A program made the position numbers and the translations under genes. The notes beneath the pieces were generated by a model. It searched no databases. It was not told the origin of the DNA and worked only from the letters and a program-made list of their open reading frames with translations. From Myxococcota bacterium (GTDB lineage Bacteria; Myxococcota_A; UBA796; CAJQPC01): a stretch of DNA of 64,000 bases. Below, in pieces: positions 28,684 to 38,828 of the stretch (position 1 is the first letter of the stretch; every line of letters begins with the position of its first letter). The stretch lies in NCBI GenBank assembly GCA_036229005.1, contig JAZAMN010000049.1:1-64000 (forward strand), written 5' to 3'.

Positions 28684-29778
28684 TCAGAGCTCCAGGTCCA
28701 CCCAGACCAGCCGGTGGTCGCTGCCTTCGATGCTGCGGTCGCCCTCGGGCCACCACACGCCGCTGGCCACGGGGTCCAGATCGGCGCTGGGCAGAACGTA
28801 GTCCACGCGCTGGCCCCAGCCCGCCGTGTCGTGTGCGGGGTCGCCCTGATCGTCCGGCCGGGAGTCCGCGGCCACCGCCCCATCCGAGCTGGGGACCAGC
28901 GCCCCCGTCGCGGTGTCGGCGTGCACCCGCGGGTGCTCCAGGAGCTGCTGGATGGCGCCATCGACGCTGTCTCCGTCCACCGGGTCGGCGTTCATGTCGC
29001 CGAACACCACGAAGGCGTCATCCTCGCTCAGGCCCCCGCTGCCGCCCTGGTCGTCGCGCAGCCAGTCCGCGCCCTCGATGATCTCGGCCAGCAGGCGGAT
29101 CTCGTCGGCGTTGCGCAGGCCATTGCGGTCCTCGTCGCCATCAAAGACGGGGGGCGTGGGGTGGGCCGACAGCAGGTGCAGGGTGGTGGACCCCACGGTG
29201 ACGGGCACATCCACGTGGTTCTTCGACGACAGCCGCAGCAGGGCAAGGTCCTCCTCGCTGTACCAGGGCGCGTCCCCGTCGCTGGGCAGCCGGGCGTCGG
29301 GCATGTCCTGCCAGAGCAGGGTCTGCCAGGTGCGCAGGCTGTCCTGGTCCAGGGGGTAGCGGGAGAGCACCGCGAAGGCGTACTGGCCAGGGTGCGTGCC
29401 GTAGCCCTGTGCGTCCCCCGGCCCGTCGGTGGCGCCGTCGTGGTCCAGATCCCGGCCGGTGGGGACCCCGGTGTTGGACGGGGCGTGCCAGGTGTAGGGG
29501 TAGGGCTCGGCCAGCAGGGCGTTGAAGGCGGCCAGCAGCGCGCCGTCCTCGTCGTGGTCCAGCTCCTGGAGGATCAGGATGTCCGCGCCAGCGGCGTCCA
29601 CCACCCCGGCCACGCGCTCGCCCTGCGTATCGCTGCCATCCTGCAGCCGGTCGAGGACATCGGTGGGCGTGTCCCCAAAGAGCGACGCGTTGTAGGTCGC
29701 GACGCGGATCCGCTGGGTGGAGGGGGTGTCCGCGGGCGGCGTGGACTTGGGGATGCAGGCCAGCAGGGTCAACAACAT
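28684..29778 (-). CDS. Endonuclease/exonuclease/phosphatase-family lipoprotein
   Basis: ATYN, LQE, HPTPPVFDG, GDMNAD, RVDYVLPS, SDHRLVW. Confidence 0.9.
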   Translation of the reverse strand: MLLTLLACIPKSTPPADTPSTQRIRVATYNASLFGDTPTDVLDRLQDGSDTQGERVAGVVDAAGADILILQELDHDEDGALLAAFNALLAEPYPYTWHAPSNTGVPTGRDLDHDGATDGPGDAQGYGTHPGQYAFAVLSRYPLDQDSLRTWQTLLWQDMPDARLPSDGDAPWYSEEDLALLRLSSKNHVDVPVTVGSTTLHLLSAHPTPPVFDGDEDRNGLRNADEIRLLAEIIEGADWLRDDQGGSGGLSEDDAFVVFGDMNADPVDGDSVDGAIQQLLEHPRVHADTATGALVPSSDGAVAADSRPDDQGDPAHDTAGWGQRVDYVLPSADLDPVASGVWWPEGDRSIEGSDHRLVWVDLEL

Positions 29779-29934
29779 GGTCACCTCGTTGGCGGACTAA
29801 CGTGGACAGAGGCGCGGGGGCTGCGGGGGGCCAGAGGGTGAACCCCAGATCCAGCGCAGGCTCCGGTGCCCTCCTCTGCACAAAAGGACCCCTGTCTCCC
29901 CATATACTTGGAGACCCGACCGGCATAAAGGACC

Positions 29935-30945
29935 ATGGACAAGGCCACCTTCCAAGCCCGCCTCAAGGAGCTGCGCACCGAGCAGAGCAACCAGTCCCTG
30001 CCGGGGCTGATCGCGACCTGGATCGCGCTGCCGGTGGTGCTCGCGACCCCCGTGCTGCTGGGGGCGCCCTGGTGGACGATGCTGCTGCTCTGGCCGCTGA
30101 TCGGCTGGCTCCAGTACCGCATCGTGATCTCCGGCCACGAGGCGGTCCACAAGACCCTCTGCTACCCGGAGGCCCTCAACGAGTTCTTTGGGGTGGCCGG
30201 GCAGGCGCTGGTGGGCGTGAACTTCGCGGCCTACCGCCTGCAGCACATGGACCACCACCGGGCCCCCACCGAGAACGAGGACCCGGACGCGCACATCTAC
30301 ATGGGCATCATCAACACGCCCAAGGGGATCCGGCGCACCCTGTGGTGGACCCTGGGCACGGCGGTGGAGATCCTGATCAAGATCCGCCAGAAGGGCACCG
30401 GCGGCTACGGCACCAAGCGGGAGATCTCGGCCAAGGTCGCCCGCGACAAGAAGCTGCACACGCTGCTGGTGTTCGCCTTCCAGCTCGCCATCCTGGTCGC
30501 CTCGGGCTTTGGCCTGGCGCACATGGTGGACGTGGATCTGGTGGAGATGGTGGGCAAGGGCTGGATCGGCTGGGCCCACATCCTCATCGGCCTGCCCGCC
30601 GGCTACTTGTTGTTCTGGTTCGGCCCCCTGAGCCTGTTCGCGGTGTTCCTGAACCGCTGCCGCATCCTGATCGAGCACGGCCTGCCCATCGCGATGGCCC
30701 GAGAGATGCCCGAGGGCTGGGGCGGGCGGCGCATCCCGACGGTGGACATCGTGCCGGGGCGCCTGGAGCAGGAGCTGTTCGCGCCCTTTGCGTTCAACTA
30801 CCACTGCGTCCACCACCTCTACATGGCGATCCCGCACTACAACCTGGCCAAGGCGCGCCAGCTCTGCCGCGAGTACGGGGTCGACGGCTACCACGAGCTG
30901 GAGGGCAGCTACCTGACCGCTCTGGTGCGCACGATGCAGGCTTGA
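29935..30945 (+). CDS. Membrane fatty acid desaturase-family protein
   Basis: His boxes HEAVH, HMDHH, HCVHH; TM segments. Confidence 0.9.
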   Translation: MDKATFQARLKELRTEQSNQSLPGLIATWIALPVVLATPVLLGAPWWTMLLLWPLIGWLQYRIVISGHEAVHKTLCYPEALNEFFGVAGQALVGVNFAAYRLQHMDHHRAPTENEDPDAHIYMGIINTPKGIRRTLWWTLGTAVEILIKIRQKGTGGYGTKREISAKVARDKKLHTLLVFAFQLAILVASGFGLAHMVDVDLVEMVGKGWIGWAHILIGLPAGYLLFWFGPLSLFAVFLNRCRILIEHGLPIAMAREMPEGWGGRRIPTVDIVPGRLEQELFAPFAFNYHCVHHLYMAIPHYNLAKARQLCREYGVDGYHELEGSYLTALVRTMQA

Positions 30946-30958
30946 TAGAGCGCGCGGC

Positions 30959-31234
30959 ATGTCTGAACAGAAGCCCCAGCTCGAAGAGCTCATCGACTTC
31001 CCCTCCCTGTTCACCTTCCGGGCGGTCGCCAGCGCGCGCGTGACCCTGGCCGAGGAGGTGCGGACTCTCGTCGAGTCCGGCGTGGGCCGGACCGCCAAGA
31101 GCGTGGAGATCCAGGCGTCCAAGAAGGGCGCGTTCTCGTCGGTGCGCGTGACCACGATGGTCCACAGCGCCGACGAGGTGCGCGGCGGCTACGCGGCCCT
31201 CAAGGGGCTGGACGGGCTCAAGCTGCTGCTCTGA
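30959..31234 (+). CDS. YbeD/DUF493 family protein
   Basis: LIDFPSLFTFR, SKKGAFSSV motifs, 91 aa. Confidence 0.85.
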   Translation: MSEQKPQLEELIDFPSLFTFRAVASARVTLAEEVRTLVESGVGRTAKSVEIQASKKGAFSSVRVTTMVHSADEVRGGYAALKGLDGLKLLL

Positions 31235-31240
31235 CTCGCC

Positions 31241-32185
31241 TCAGACCTGGCAGACCAGGATCTTGAGCGGTCCCTGCCCGTCCGGGCTGGGGAAGTCGGC
31301 CTCGACCTCCAGCCAGTGGTGGGAGACGATGGGTCGGCCACACTTTTCGCCCGTGCGCAGCATCTGGGCCAGCCACTGCTCGCGGGTGACGTGGGCGTGG
31401 TGGTTGGTGGCCAGCAGGCGGCCGCCCGGGGCCAGCGCCATCAGGCAGGGCTTGGCGAGCGCGGGGTAGTCGCGCAGGATGTCCACGGCGCCCAGGGCGC
31501 CCTTCGCGAAGGTCGGGGGGTCCAGGATGACGAGGTCGAACTGGCGTTTGTCGAGCTTGATCCCCACCTTTCTACGCCCCCGCCCCTTGAGCGCGAGGCC
31601 AGCGAACTGGCGGGTGGCGGCGAAGAAATCGGCCCGCAGGAACTCCATCTCCAGCCCGTTGGCGGCGGCGTTCTGCTGGCCGGCCTCCAGACACCAGGCG
31701 CCGTGGTCCACGTTGAGGACGCTGCGCGCCCCGCCCTTTGCGGCGGCGAGCCCCGCCCCGCAGGTGTAGGCGAAGGTGTTGAGCACCCGGGCCCCCTGGG
31801 CGTTGTCGAGCAGCCAGCGCCGGGCGACGCGGAAGTCCAGGAAGAGCCAGGGATCCAGGCCCTTGTGGTGGATGCGGCCGGTGTAGCGCAGGCCCAGCTC
31901 CTGGAAGGTGAAGGGCGGGCTCTGGGGCTGCTTTTCGCCGCGGTGTCGCCACTGGATGGGGCCCAGGGTCTCCTCGACGGTGGCGCGATCGGCCTCCGAG
32001 AGGGGGGTGCCCCAGCTCTGGGCCAGAAGGTGGGGGCCATAGCGATCGATGGCCAGGTTCTCCCTCCCCTCGTTGCGGCCATGGAAGACGCGCCAGGTGT
32101 CGCAGCCTTCGGACCGCAGGGCCTCGATCAAGGGGGCGCGGCGGGCCAGGGCCTGCTGCAGGCTGTGGGCCAGTTCGGTGGACAT
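31241..32185 (-). CDS. Class I SAM-dependent methyltransferase (RlmI-like)
   Basis: LFLDFR, VLNTFAYTCG, FDLVILDPPTF. Confidence 0.88.
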   Translation of the reverse strand: MSTELAHSLQQALARRAPLIEALRSEGCDTWRVFHGRNEGRENLAIDRYGPHLLAQSWGTPLSEADRATVEETLGPIQWRHRGEKQPQSPPFTFQELGLRYTGRIHHKGLDPWLFLDFRVARRWLLDNAQGARVLNTFAYTCGAGLAAAKGGARSVLNVDHGAWCLEAGQQNAAANGLEMEFLRADFFAATRQFAGLALKGRGRRKVGIKLDKRQFDLVILDPPTFAKGALGAVDILRDYPALAKPCLMALAPGGRLLATNHHAHVTREQWLAQMLRTGEKCGRPIVSHHWLEVEADFPSPDGQGPLKILVCQV

Positions 32186-32214
32186 GGGCGCTCCGAGGGG
32201 CCCCCGGCGCTGAC

Positions 32215-33246
32215 TCAGAAGGGGCAGCTCGGGGACAGGGAGAGGGCCGAATAGGCCTCCGCCGGCAGAAAGTCCAGGCCGGTCTCGGACTGGGTGGCCA
32301 GGGACCAGCCGGGCTGCGCGCCGACGCCCAGGTAGGAGACGGCGGCCAACGCGCTGGTGGCGGGGGGGATCCAGACGCTCAGGGCCATCTGGCCCTCGTA
32401 GCAGGCGGGGAGCGCGGGGGTGTCCTGGCCGATGCTGAAGCGGCCGTTGCCGTTGTTGTCCAGGTAGAAGAAGGCCAGCTCGATGGCGCCGCCGGGGAGC
32501 AGCGCGTCGGTCGCGGGGAGGCGGTGCTCGGCGGGGGGCGCGCCGTCCAGGGTGATGCTCCAGGCGGAGGCGACGATGTCCTGGTCGGCCAGGGGCTCGA
32601 GCACCGAGGGCGCGCTGAACCAGGAGGCGGGCAGCATGGCGACGCGGCCGGGGCCGTAGTCCTCGGAGTAGCTGCCGGAGAGCGCCAGGGTGTCGACGGG
32701 CTCCAGGCTCAGGCTGAGGGGGAGGTTGTCCAGATCGGTGACCTGGGTGGTGGTGGGCAGGCTGCGGAAGGCGTTCCAGCCGCCGCGGAAGCCCAGGAAC
32801 TCCATGACGGAGGTAGGCTGGTCGATGTAGAGCAGCGAGAAGTCGGCGCTGCCCAGGAAGCGCTCGTCGCTGTCCAGGCTCGCGTCGCCGTCGAGATCCT
32901 CGAAGACCAGGAGCATGCCGTAGCGGCCCTGGGGCCCATCGGCGCTGTCCAGGGGCCAGAGCGCGCTGGCGCCCGGGTCGTCCAGGGTGAAGCTGGCGGC
33001 GCCGTCGACCAAGGCGGCGGTGGAGACGGTCTCCAGATCCTCGACGCCGGAGAGCCCGACCTGGAAGCTGACCAGCATGACGGCGTAGTCCCCGTCCAGT
33101 TCGCCCACGACGCTGACGCTTTGCGGACCGGGGTCCACGGGGCCGCTGTCGTGGGTGTCGGTGGGCACCACGTAGGGCCCGGTGTCCTGGGGGAGCGGCT
33201 CGACGCAGGCCAGGCCGCTTTGGAGGAGGATGGGGAGGAGCTGCAT
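32215..33246 (-). CDS. Hypothetical acidic lipoprotein
   Basis: GLAC lipobox; DLDGD/DNNGNG motifs; TACACT-N6-ATG. Confidence 0.7.
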   Translation of the reverse strand: MQLLPILLQSGLACVEPLPQDTGPYVVPTDTHDSGPVDPGPQSVSVVGELDGDYAVMLVSFQVGLSGVEDLETVSTAALVDGAASFTLDDPGASALWPLDSADGPQGRYGMLLVFEDLDGDASLDSDERFLGSADFSLLYIDQPTSVMEFLGFRGGWNAFRSLPTTTQVTDLDNLPLSLSLEPVDTLALSGSYSEDYGPGRVAMLPASWFSAPSVLEPLADQDIVASAWSITLDGAPPAEHRLPATDALLPGGAIELAFFYLDNNGNGRFSIGQDTPALPACYEGQMALSVWIPPATSALAAVSYLGVGAQPGWSLATQSETGLDFLPAEAYSALSLSPSCPF

Positions 33247-33288
33247 GGGCAAAGTGTAGCAGTCCCCTCCCCTATTGGCGCCGGGGGC

Positions 33289-34365
33289 CTACTCCTCGGG
33301 GAAGCTGCAGCTCCCGTCGAAGGCGAGGCGATTGAGGTCCTCTTGGGGGACGGGCGTGACGCCCTCGCCGGCGATGGTGATCAGGTTCCAGCCCCCGCGG
33401 AAGCCCTCCTCCAGGTAGAAGCCGGCCAGCTCATAGCTGGTGGCCATCTCCAGCCAGGCGGCGGCGCTGATCTGCCCGTCCAGGCACATGGTGTGGGCGC
33501 TGCCGAACTCGCTGCTCTGGTCCAGGCTGCCGGAGAGGTTGGTGTCGTAGTAGGCGATGGGCACCTCGATGAGCCCGTCTTCGTTGGCGTGGTCGGCGGG
33601 GGGCGCGTCGCTGAGCTCCAGGGAGAAGCTGTCGGAGACCAGCGCGTCGTAGAGCGGCGTGACGCTGGTGTCCCCGTCGAGCTGGGCGCCGGAGAACAGG
33701 CCCAGCCGCCACTGCCCGTCCTCGTCCGGCAGGGGCAGGTCCGTGGTGCCGGAGAAGGCCAGCGCCTGGGGCGCGAGGTTGGTGGCCAGGGGGATGTTGG
33801 ACTTGACGTGGATGGTGGGCAGGTCGGCGCCCTCGTCCTCGAAGCCCTGCCAGCCGTCGGACACGATGAAGCCGAGCTCCCCCTCGACGCCCTCCAGGTA
33901 GAGGACGGAGGCGGGGCCCACGCCCCAGATCTCCTCGCCGGCCTCGTAGGCGCCGCTGGCGTCGGCGTCGTCGAAGATGGATACCAGGTAGAACGCGCCG
34001 ACGGTGTCGTAGCCGTCGATGAAGGCGTCCAGGCTGTCGGAGGCGGGGTTCTCCACGGTCACGGAGGCCTTCCCGCCGGCGATCACGCCCGTGCCCGCCA
34101 TGCCCAGGAAGGCGCCGTCCCCGGCGAAGTCCACGCGCTGGACCTCCACGGTCAGGCCGTCGGCCTCGCCGTCGATGGTGAAGCCCAGGGTCTCGGTGAC
34201 CGGGTCGGTGTCGGCGTCGGAGTCCGAGTCGGAGTCCGCGTCGGTGTCGGAGTCGGAGTCCGCGTCGGTGTCGGCGTCGGCTTCGGTGCTGGTGTCGTCG
34301 AGCTCGAGCTCTCCGTCGGTGCAGGCCAGCGGACCGAGGGCGAGAAGGGCGAGAAGTGTGTGCAT
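33289..34365 (-). CDS. Hypothetical acidic lipoprotein with D-x-D repeat linker, paralog of neighbour
   Basis: PLAC lipobox, DADTDADSDSD run (~34198-34290), shared L.D.PPA.H...IE....Y.D motif; GGAGG RBS. Confidence 0.75.
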   Translation of the reverse strand: MHTLLALLALGPLACTDGELELDDTSTEADADTDADSDSDTDADSDSDSDADTDPVTETLGFTIDGEADGLTVEVQRVDFAGDGAFLGMAGTGVIAGGKASVTVENPASDSLDAFIDGYDTVGAFYLVSIFDDADASGAYEAGEEIWGVGPASVLYLEGVEGELGFIVSDGWQGFEDEGADLPTIHVKSNIPLATNLAPQALAFSGTTDLPLPDEDGQWRLGLFSGAQLDGDTSVTPLYDALVSDSFSLELSDAPPADHANEDGLIEVPIAYYDTNLSGSLDQSSEFGSAHTMCLDGQISAAAWLEMATSYELAGFYLEEGFRGGWNLITIAGEGVTPVPQEDLNRLAFDGSCSFPEE

Positions 34366-34401
34366 GGGGATCCTCCAGGGCAGAGCTTGCCTCACAAGCG
34401 C

Positions 34402-35175
34402 TCAGCTCTGCTTGGACCCGCCAGCCCCCGGGACCTGAAAGGCGGGGCGCCCATTTCTCTGCAGGCTGGCCAGGCGCTCGGGGTCGAAGGCCCAGCGGCC
34501 GCGCACCGTGGGCTCCTGGATGCGCTCGTCCAGCAGCTCCAGGTAGCGCACGCGCGGGATCTCCCGCGCGCCGAAGCGGGCCAGGTGGTCGGTGTAGACC
34601 TGGGAGTCCACCAGGTCCACGCCCCAGCCGGCGAGCTGATCCACCAGGGCGACGAAGGCGATCTTGGAGGCATCCGGGGCCAGCGCGAACATGCTCTCGC
34701 CGAAGAAGATGCGGCCCAGGCAGACGCCGTAGAGGCCCCCGACCAGCTCCCCCTCCGGGCTCCAGGCCTCGACGCTGTGGGCGAACCCGGCCTCGTGGAG
34801 CTGCGTGTACCCGGTGAGCATGTCCTGGGTGATCCAGGTGCCAGCCTGTCCTCGCCGGGGGACCTGACCGCAGGCCTCCATGACGGACCGGAAGGCAGTG
34901 TCGAGGGTGAGCCTGTAGGGTGCCTTCTTGAGGGTCTTCCTCAGAGACCGCCCCACCCGCAGCTCGTCCACGTAGAGCACAAAGCGCGGGTCGGGGGAGA
35001 ACCACAGGATGGGCTGATCTTCGCTGTACCAGGGGAAGATCCCGGTGGCGTAGGCGGTGAGCAGGCGGCGAGGGTCCAGGTCCCCACCCCAGGCCAGCAG
35101 CCCGTCGGGGCGGGCCAGGTTCGGGTCCGGGAACACGTGCTCCGGAGGCAGCGAGAAGACAGGCACCCCAGGCAC
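34402..35175 (-). CDS. aat: Leucyl/phenylalanyl-tRNA--protein transferase
   Basis: GLLAWGGDL, AYATGIFPW, GTWIT, AHSVEAW, FFGESMF, ASKIAF; exact start uncertain. Confidence 0.95.
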   Translation of the reverse strand: MPGVPVFSLPPEHVFPDPNLARPDGLLAWGGDLDPRRLLTAYATGIFPWYSEDQPILWFSPDPRFVLYVDELRVGRSLRKTLKKAPYRLTLDTAFRSVMEACGQVPRRGQAGTWITQDMLTGYTQLHEAGFAHSVEAWSPEGELVGGLYGVCLGRIFFGESMFALAPDASKIAFVALVDQLAGWGVDLVDSQVYTDHLARFGAREIPRVRYLELLDERIQEPTVRGRWAFDPERLASLQRNGRPAFQVPGAGGSKQS

Positions 35176-35211
35176 CTAACCCCGGGACGGTCGCCGGGAT
35201 AGGGGCCGGAC

Positions 35212-35865
35212 ATGGACCAACTTCAAGACCTCTTCATCGGGATCGCCGGCATGATCGGCGCCGGCAAGTCCACCCTGGCCACGGCTCTGGGGCAGCACCT
35301 GAACCTGCCCGTCTACTACGAGCCCGTCGCGGACAACGACTACCTGGAGGACTTCTACCGGGACACGGCGCGCTACGCGTTCCAGACGCAGATCTACCTG
35401 CTCAACCGGCGCTTCCAGCAGCACCAGGAGATCATCTGGCGCGGCGGCGGCGGCGTACAGGACCGCACCATCTACGAGGACGCGGTGTTCGCCAAGATGC
35501 TGGTGGACGCGGACCTGATGGACGAGCGGGACTACCAGACCTACCTGAGCCTGTTCCGCCACATGTCCAACTTCATGTGTCGCCCCAACGTCATCGTCTA
35601 CCTGGACGTGAGCCCGGAGCGCAGCCTGGAGCGCGTGCGCATGCGCAACCGCGGCGTCGAGAGCGGCATCACCCTGGAGTACCTGGCGGGGCTGCACCGG
35701 GAGTACGAGAACTTCGTGCAGAACATCTCGCGCACGGTGCCGGTCATCCGCGTGGACTGGGACCAGTTCCGCGACACCGAGGAGATGGCCGCCGTGATCG
35801 AGCGCGAGTACCTGACCAGCAGCTTCCTGCGGCAGGTCACCTGGCAGCCCACCCGGGCCAACTGA
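35212..35865 (+). CDS. Deoxynucleoside kinase
   Basis: GMIGAGKST P-loop, YEPV, QIYLLNRR, DRTIYED. Confidence 0.93.
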   Translation: MDQLQDLFIGIAGMIGAGKSTLATALGQHLNLPVYYEPVADNDYLEDFYRDTARYAFQTQIYLLNRRFQQHQEIIWRGGGGVQDRTIYEDAVFAKMLVDADLMDERDYQTYLSLFRHMSNFMCRPNVIVYLDVSPERSLERVRMRNRGVESGITLEYLAGLHREYENFVQNISRTVPVIRVDWDQFRDTEEMAAVIEREYLTSSFLRQVTWQPTRAN

Positions 35866-36779
35866 TGGCCGGGCTGGTCGACGAGATCGCCGAGATGCTG
35901 GCCCTCCCCCGGGGGCTGCAGCTCGAGCGCGCTCAGGCCATCCGCGACCGGCACGCGGCGGACGCCCACCCCGAGGAGTGGAACACCCGCTTTGGCCCGG
36001 ACTCGCTGTTCTCGGCGTGGACGGACTGCCCGCTGATGCGGCCGCTCTACGCCAGCAACCGGGCGCTGATCACGGCGCACCTGGCCGACCGCTCCGACTG
36101 GCGGGCGGTGGAGATTGGTGGCGGTGATGGGCGCCTCTGGGACCAGCTCCCCATCGAGACCCCGGGCACCCTGGTGGTCGTGGATCCCGTCGCCGAGGTC
36201 CACGCGCAGGTCGCCGCCCGGCTTCCCTCGAACATCCGCCTGGAGTCCTTCGTCGGTCTGGCCCAGGACTTCCAGGGCTGGGACGAGGTGGACCTGTTTG
36301 TCTGCAGCCTGACTCTGCACCACGTCGCTGGCCTGTCCGCCCCCCACCGGGAGACACACGGGCTCGCCGGCGAGGGCAAGCTGGAGATCCTGGAGCGGGC
36401 GGCTGCCGCCTTGGCTGCACGGCAGGGCCTGGGCATCCTCAACGAGGCCGACGTCTACTGCGAGATCGACCTGGCCCCTGGGCACCCGCAGCTCTTGGAC
36501 CACCTGCTGGACTCCTACCTGCGCCGCTGCGGCAAGGCGCTGGTCGACGCGGTGCAGCGCCAACCGGACCACCCCCTGGCGCCGCGCTGGGCGACCATCC
36601 TGCACCGCTGGTGCCTGGATCAGCTCGCGGTGGGGGAGCTGCCCCTGGAGCAGCGGGACGTGTACGAGCTGAGCGTCGAGCGCTGGGTGGCGCTGCTGGA
36701 GTCGGCCGGGCTGAAGGTGACCTCGCTGGCGTTCACGGATCCCTACCGCTTGTTCTGTCAGTACCAGTTGCGGGCGTAG
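35865..36779 (+). CDS. Class I SAM-dependent methyltransferase-like protein
   Basis: EIGGGDG, SLTLHH; TGATG coupling to the kinase. Confidence 0.75.
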   Translation: MAGLVDEIAEMLALPRGLQLERAQAIRDRHAADAHPEEWNTRFGPDSLFSAWTDCPLMRPLYASNRALITAHLADRSDWRAVEIGGGDGRLWDQLPIETPGTLVVVDPVAEVHAQVAARLPSNIRLESFVGLAQDFQGWDEVDLFVCSLTLHHVAGLSAPHRETHGLAGEGKLEILERAAAALAARQGLGILNEADVYCEIDLAPGHPQLLDHLLDSYLRRCGKALVDAVQRQPDHPLAPRWATILHRWCLDQLAVGELPLEQRDVYELSVERWVALLESAGLKVTSLAFTDPYRLFCQYQLRA

Positions 36780-36869
36780 CCCGCGGGGTGAGCCCGCCGG
36801 GTGAGCCGGGCAGGTGGCGGACCAGCCCGCCCCTCTTCCCAGAAGGACGGGCCGAGAGACGGGCGAAGT

Positions 36870-37190
36870 CAGGCGTCCGTCGCTGACCTGATCGCAGAAG
36901 GCCCAGAATGGGTCCCCTCCGCTGGGATCGATCCAGTAGGGCCGCTGGTGGTGACGCCGCTGTCGAGCAGGTCCAGGCAGCTCTTGCCAGGACAGCTCTC
37001 CCCTGTTCCCTCGACCCCCTAGTCCGTGAGCTCGTCGCAATCGCTGTCCAGGCCATCACAGAGTTCTTCGGCGCCGGGGTGGATGGCGGCGTTGTCGTCG
37101 TCGCAGTCCTGATCGACGGGGTAGCCGTCCTGGTCCACGTCGACGGGCGCGGTGTCGACAGGGTCGGTGTCCGCGGTGTCCTCCAGAGCG
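36870..37190 (-). pseudogene. Decayed MopE-type metal-binding motif plus fibrinogen-like (YCD) domain fragment
   Basis: DQDGYPVDQDCDDDNAAIHPGAEELCDGLDSDCD, in-frame TAG at 37019-37021, SCLDLLDSG, frameshift ~36939, YWIDPSGGDPFWAFCD. Confidence 0.72.
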
Positions 37191-37290
37191 GGTGTTCCCC
37201 ACCAAGGCCCTATGCACCGGCGCGCGTGTGCTTCTGGACGAGTCGTTCAGGGACTGGCCCCCGTCACCCTTTGCGCCGTCGACTGAAACC

Positions 37291-37328
37291 GAGAAGCCCC
37301 GCCCCTCCGGAGGGAGAGACGGGGCCGG
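37291..37328 (-). terminator. Probable terminator downstream of the tuf paralog
   Basis: Minus-strand gccccg-tctct-cc...gg-aggggcggggc hairpin followed by ttctc. Confidence 0.5.
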
Positions 37329-37332
37329 TTGG

Positions 37333-38523
<1,191 letters not shown>

Positions 38524-38583
38524 GGGTGCCTTCCTCCCTTGCGGGTGTTGGCGGTTGAAGGGGGCCGGGCGGATCCCGACCCC

Positions 38584-38626
38584 GAAACGAAGAACGCCCC
38601 CTCGGGCGCAGAGGCCGGAGGGGGCG
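38584..38626 (-). terminator. Intrinsic terminator in the tuf leader (attenuator)
   Basis: Minus strand cgccccctccggcctctgcgcccgagggggcg followed by ttcttcgttt. Confidence 0.8.
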
Positions 38627-38659
38627 AGCAGGGCGAGCTTCAGCTTGGGGTGGCTGTGT

Positions 38660-38752
38660 CTACCTGAGGTCCCTCCGGGCGCACGACGACGACGACGCGC
38701 TGGACGAATCCAGCGAGCGGCCAAGGTCGGCGAGGGGGGGGATGAAGCTCAT
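38660..38752 (-). CDS. Putative leader peptide (uORF) [30 protein letters not shown]
   Basis: ATG..TAG, 30 aa, directly preceded by TAACTT-N7; ends 33 nt before the terminator hairpin. Confidence 0.65.
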   Translation of the reverse strand: MSFIPPLADLGRSLDSSSASSSSCARRDLR

Positions 38753-38828
38753 GCGGGCCAAGTTAGGACCCGGTTCTGGAGCGGCAAGGGGGCGGGTGCG
38801 ATTTGCGGGAGAGTACGCCCCAAGGCGC

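Noticed and set aside
37019..37021. Amber readthrough (pyrrolysine or recoding)
   Set aside because: A frameshift and truncation follow, and TAG is used as a normal stop elsewhere in the window
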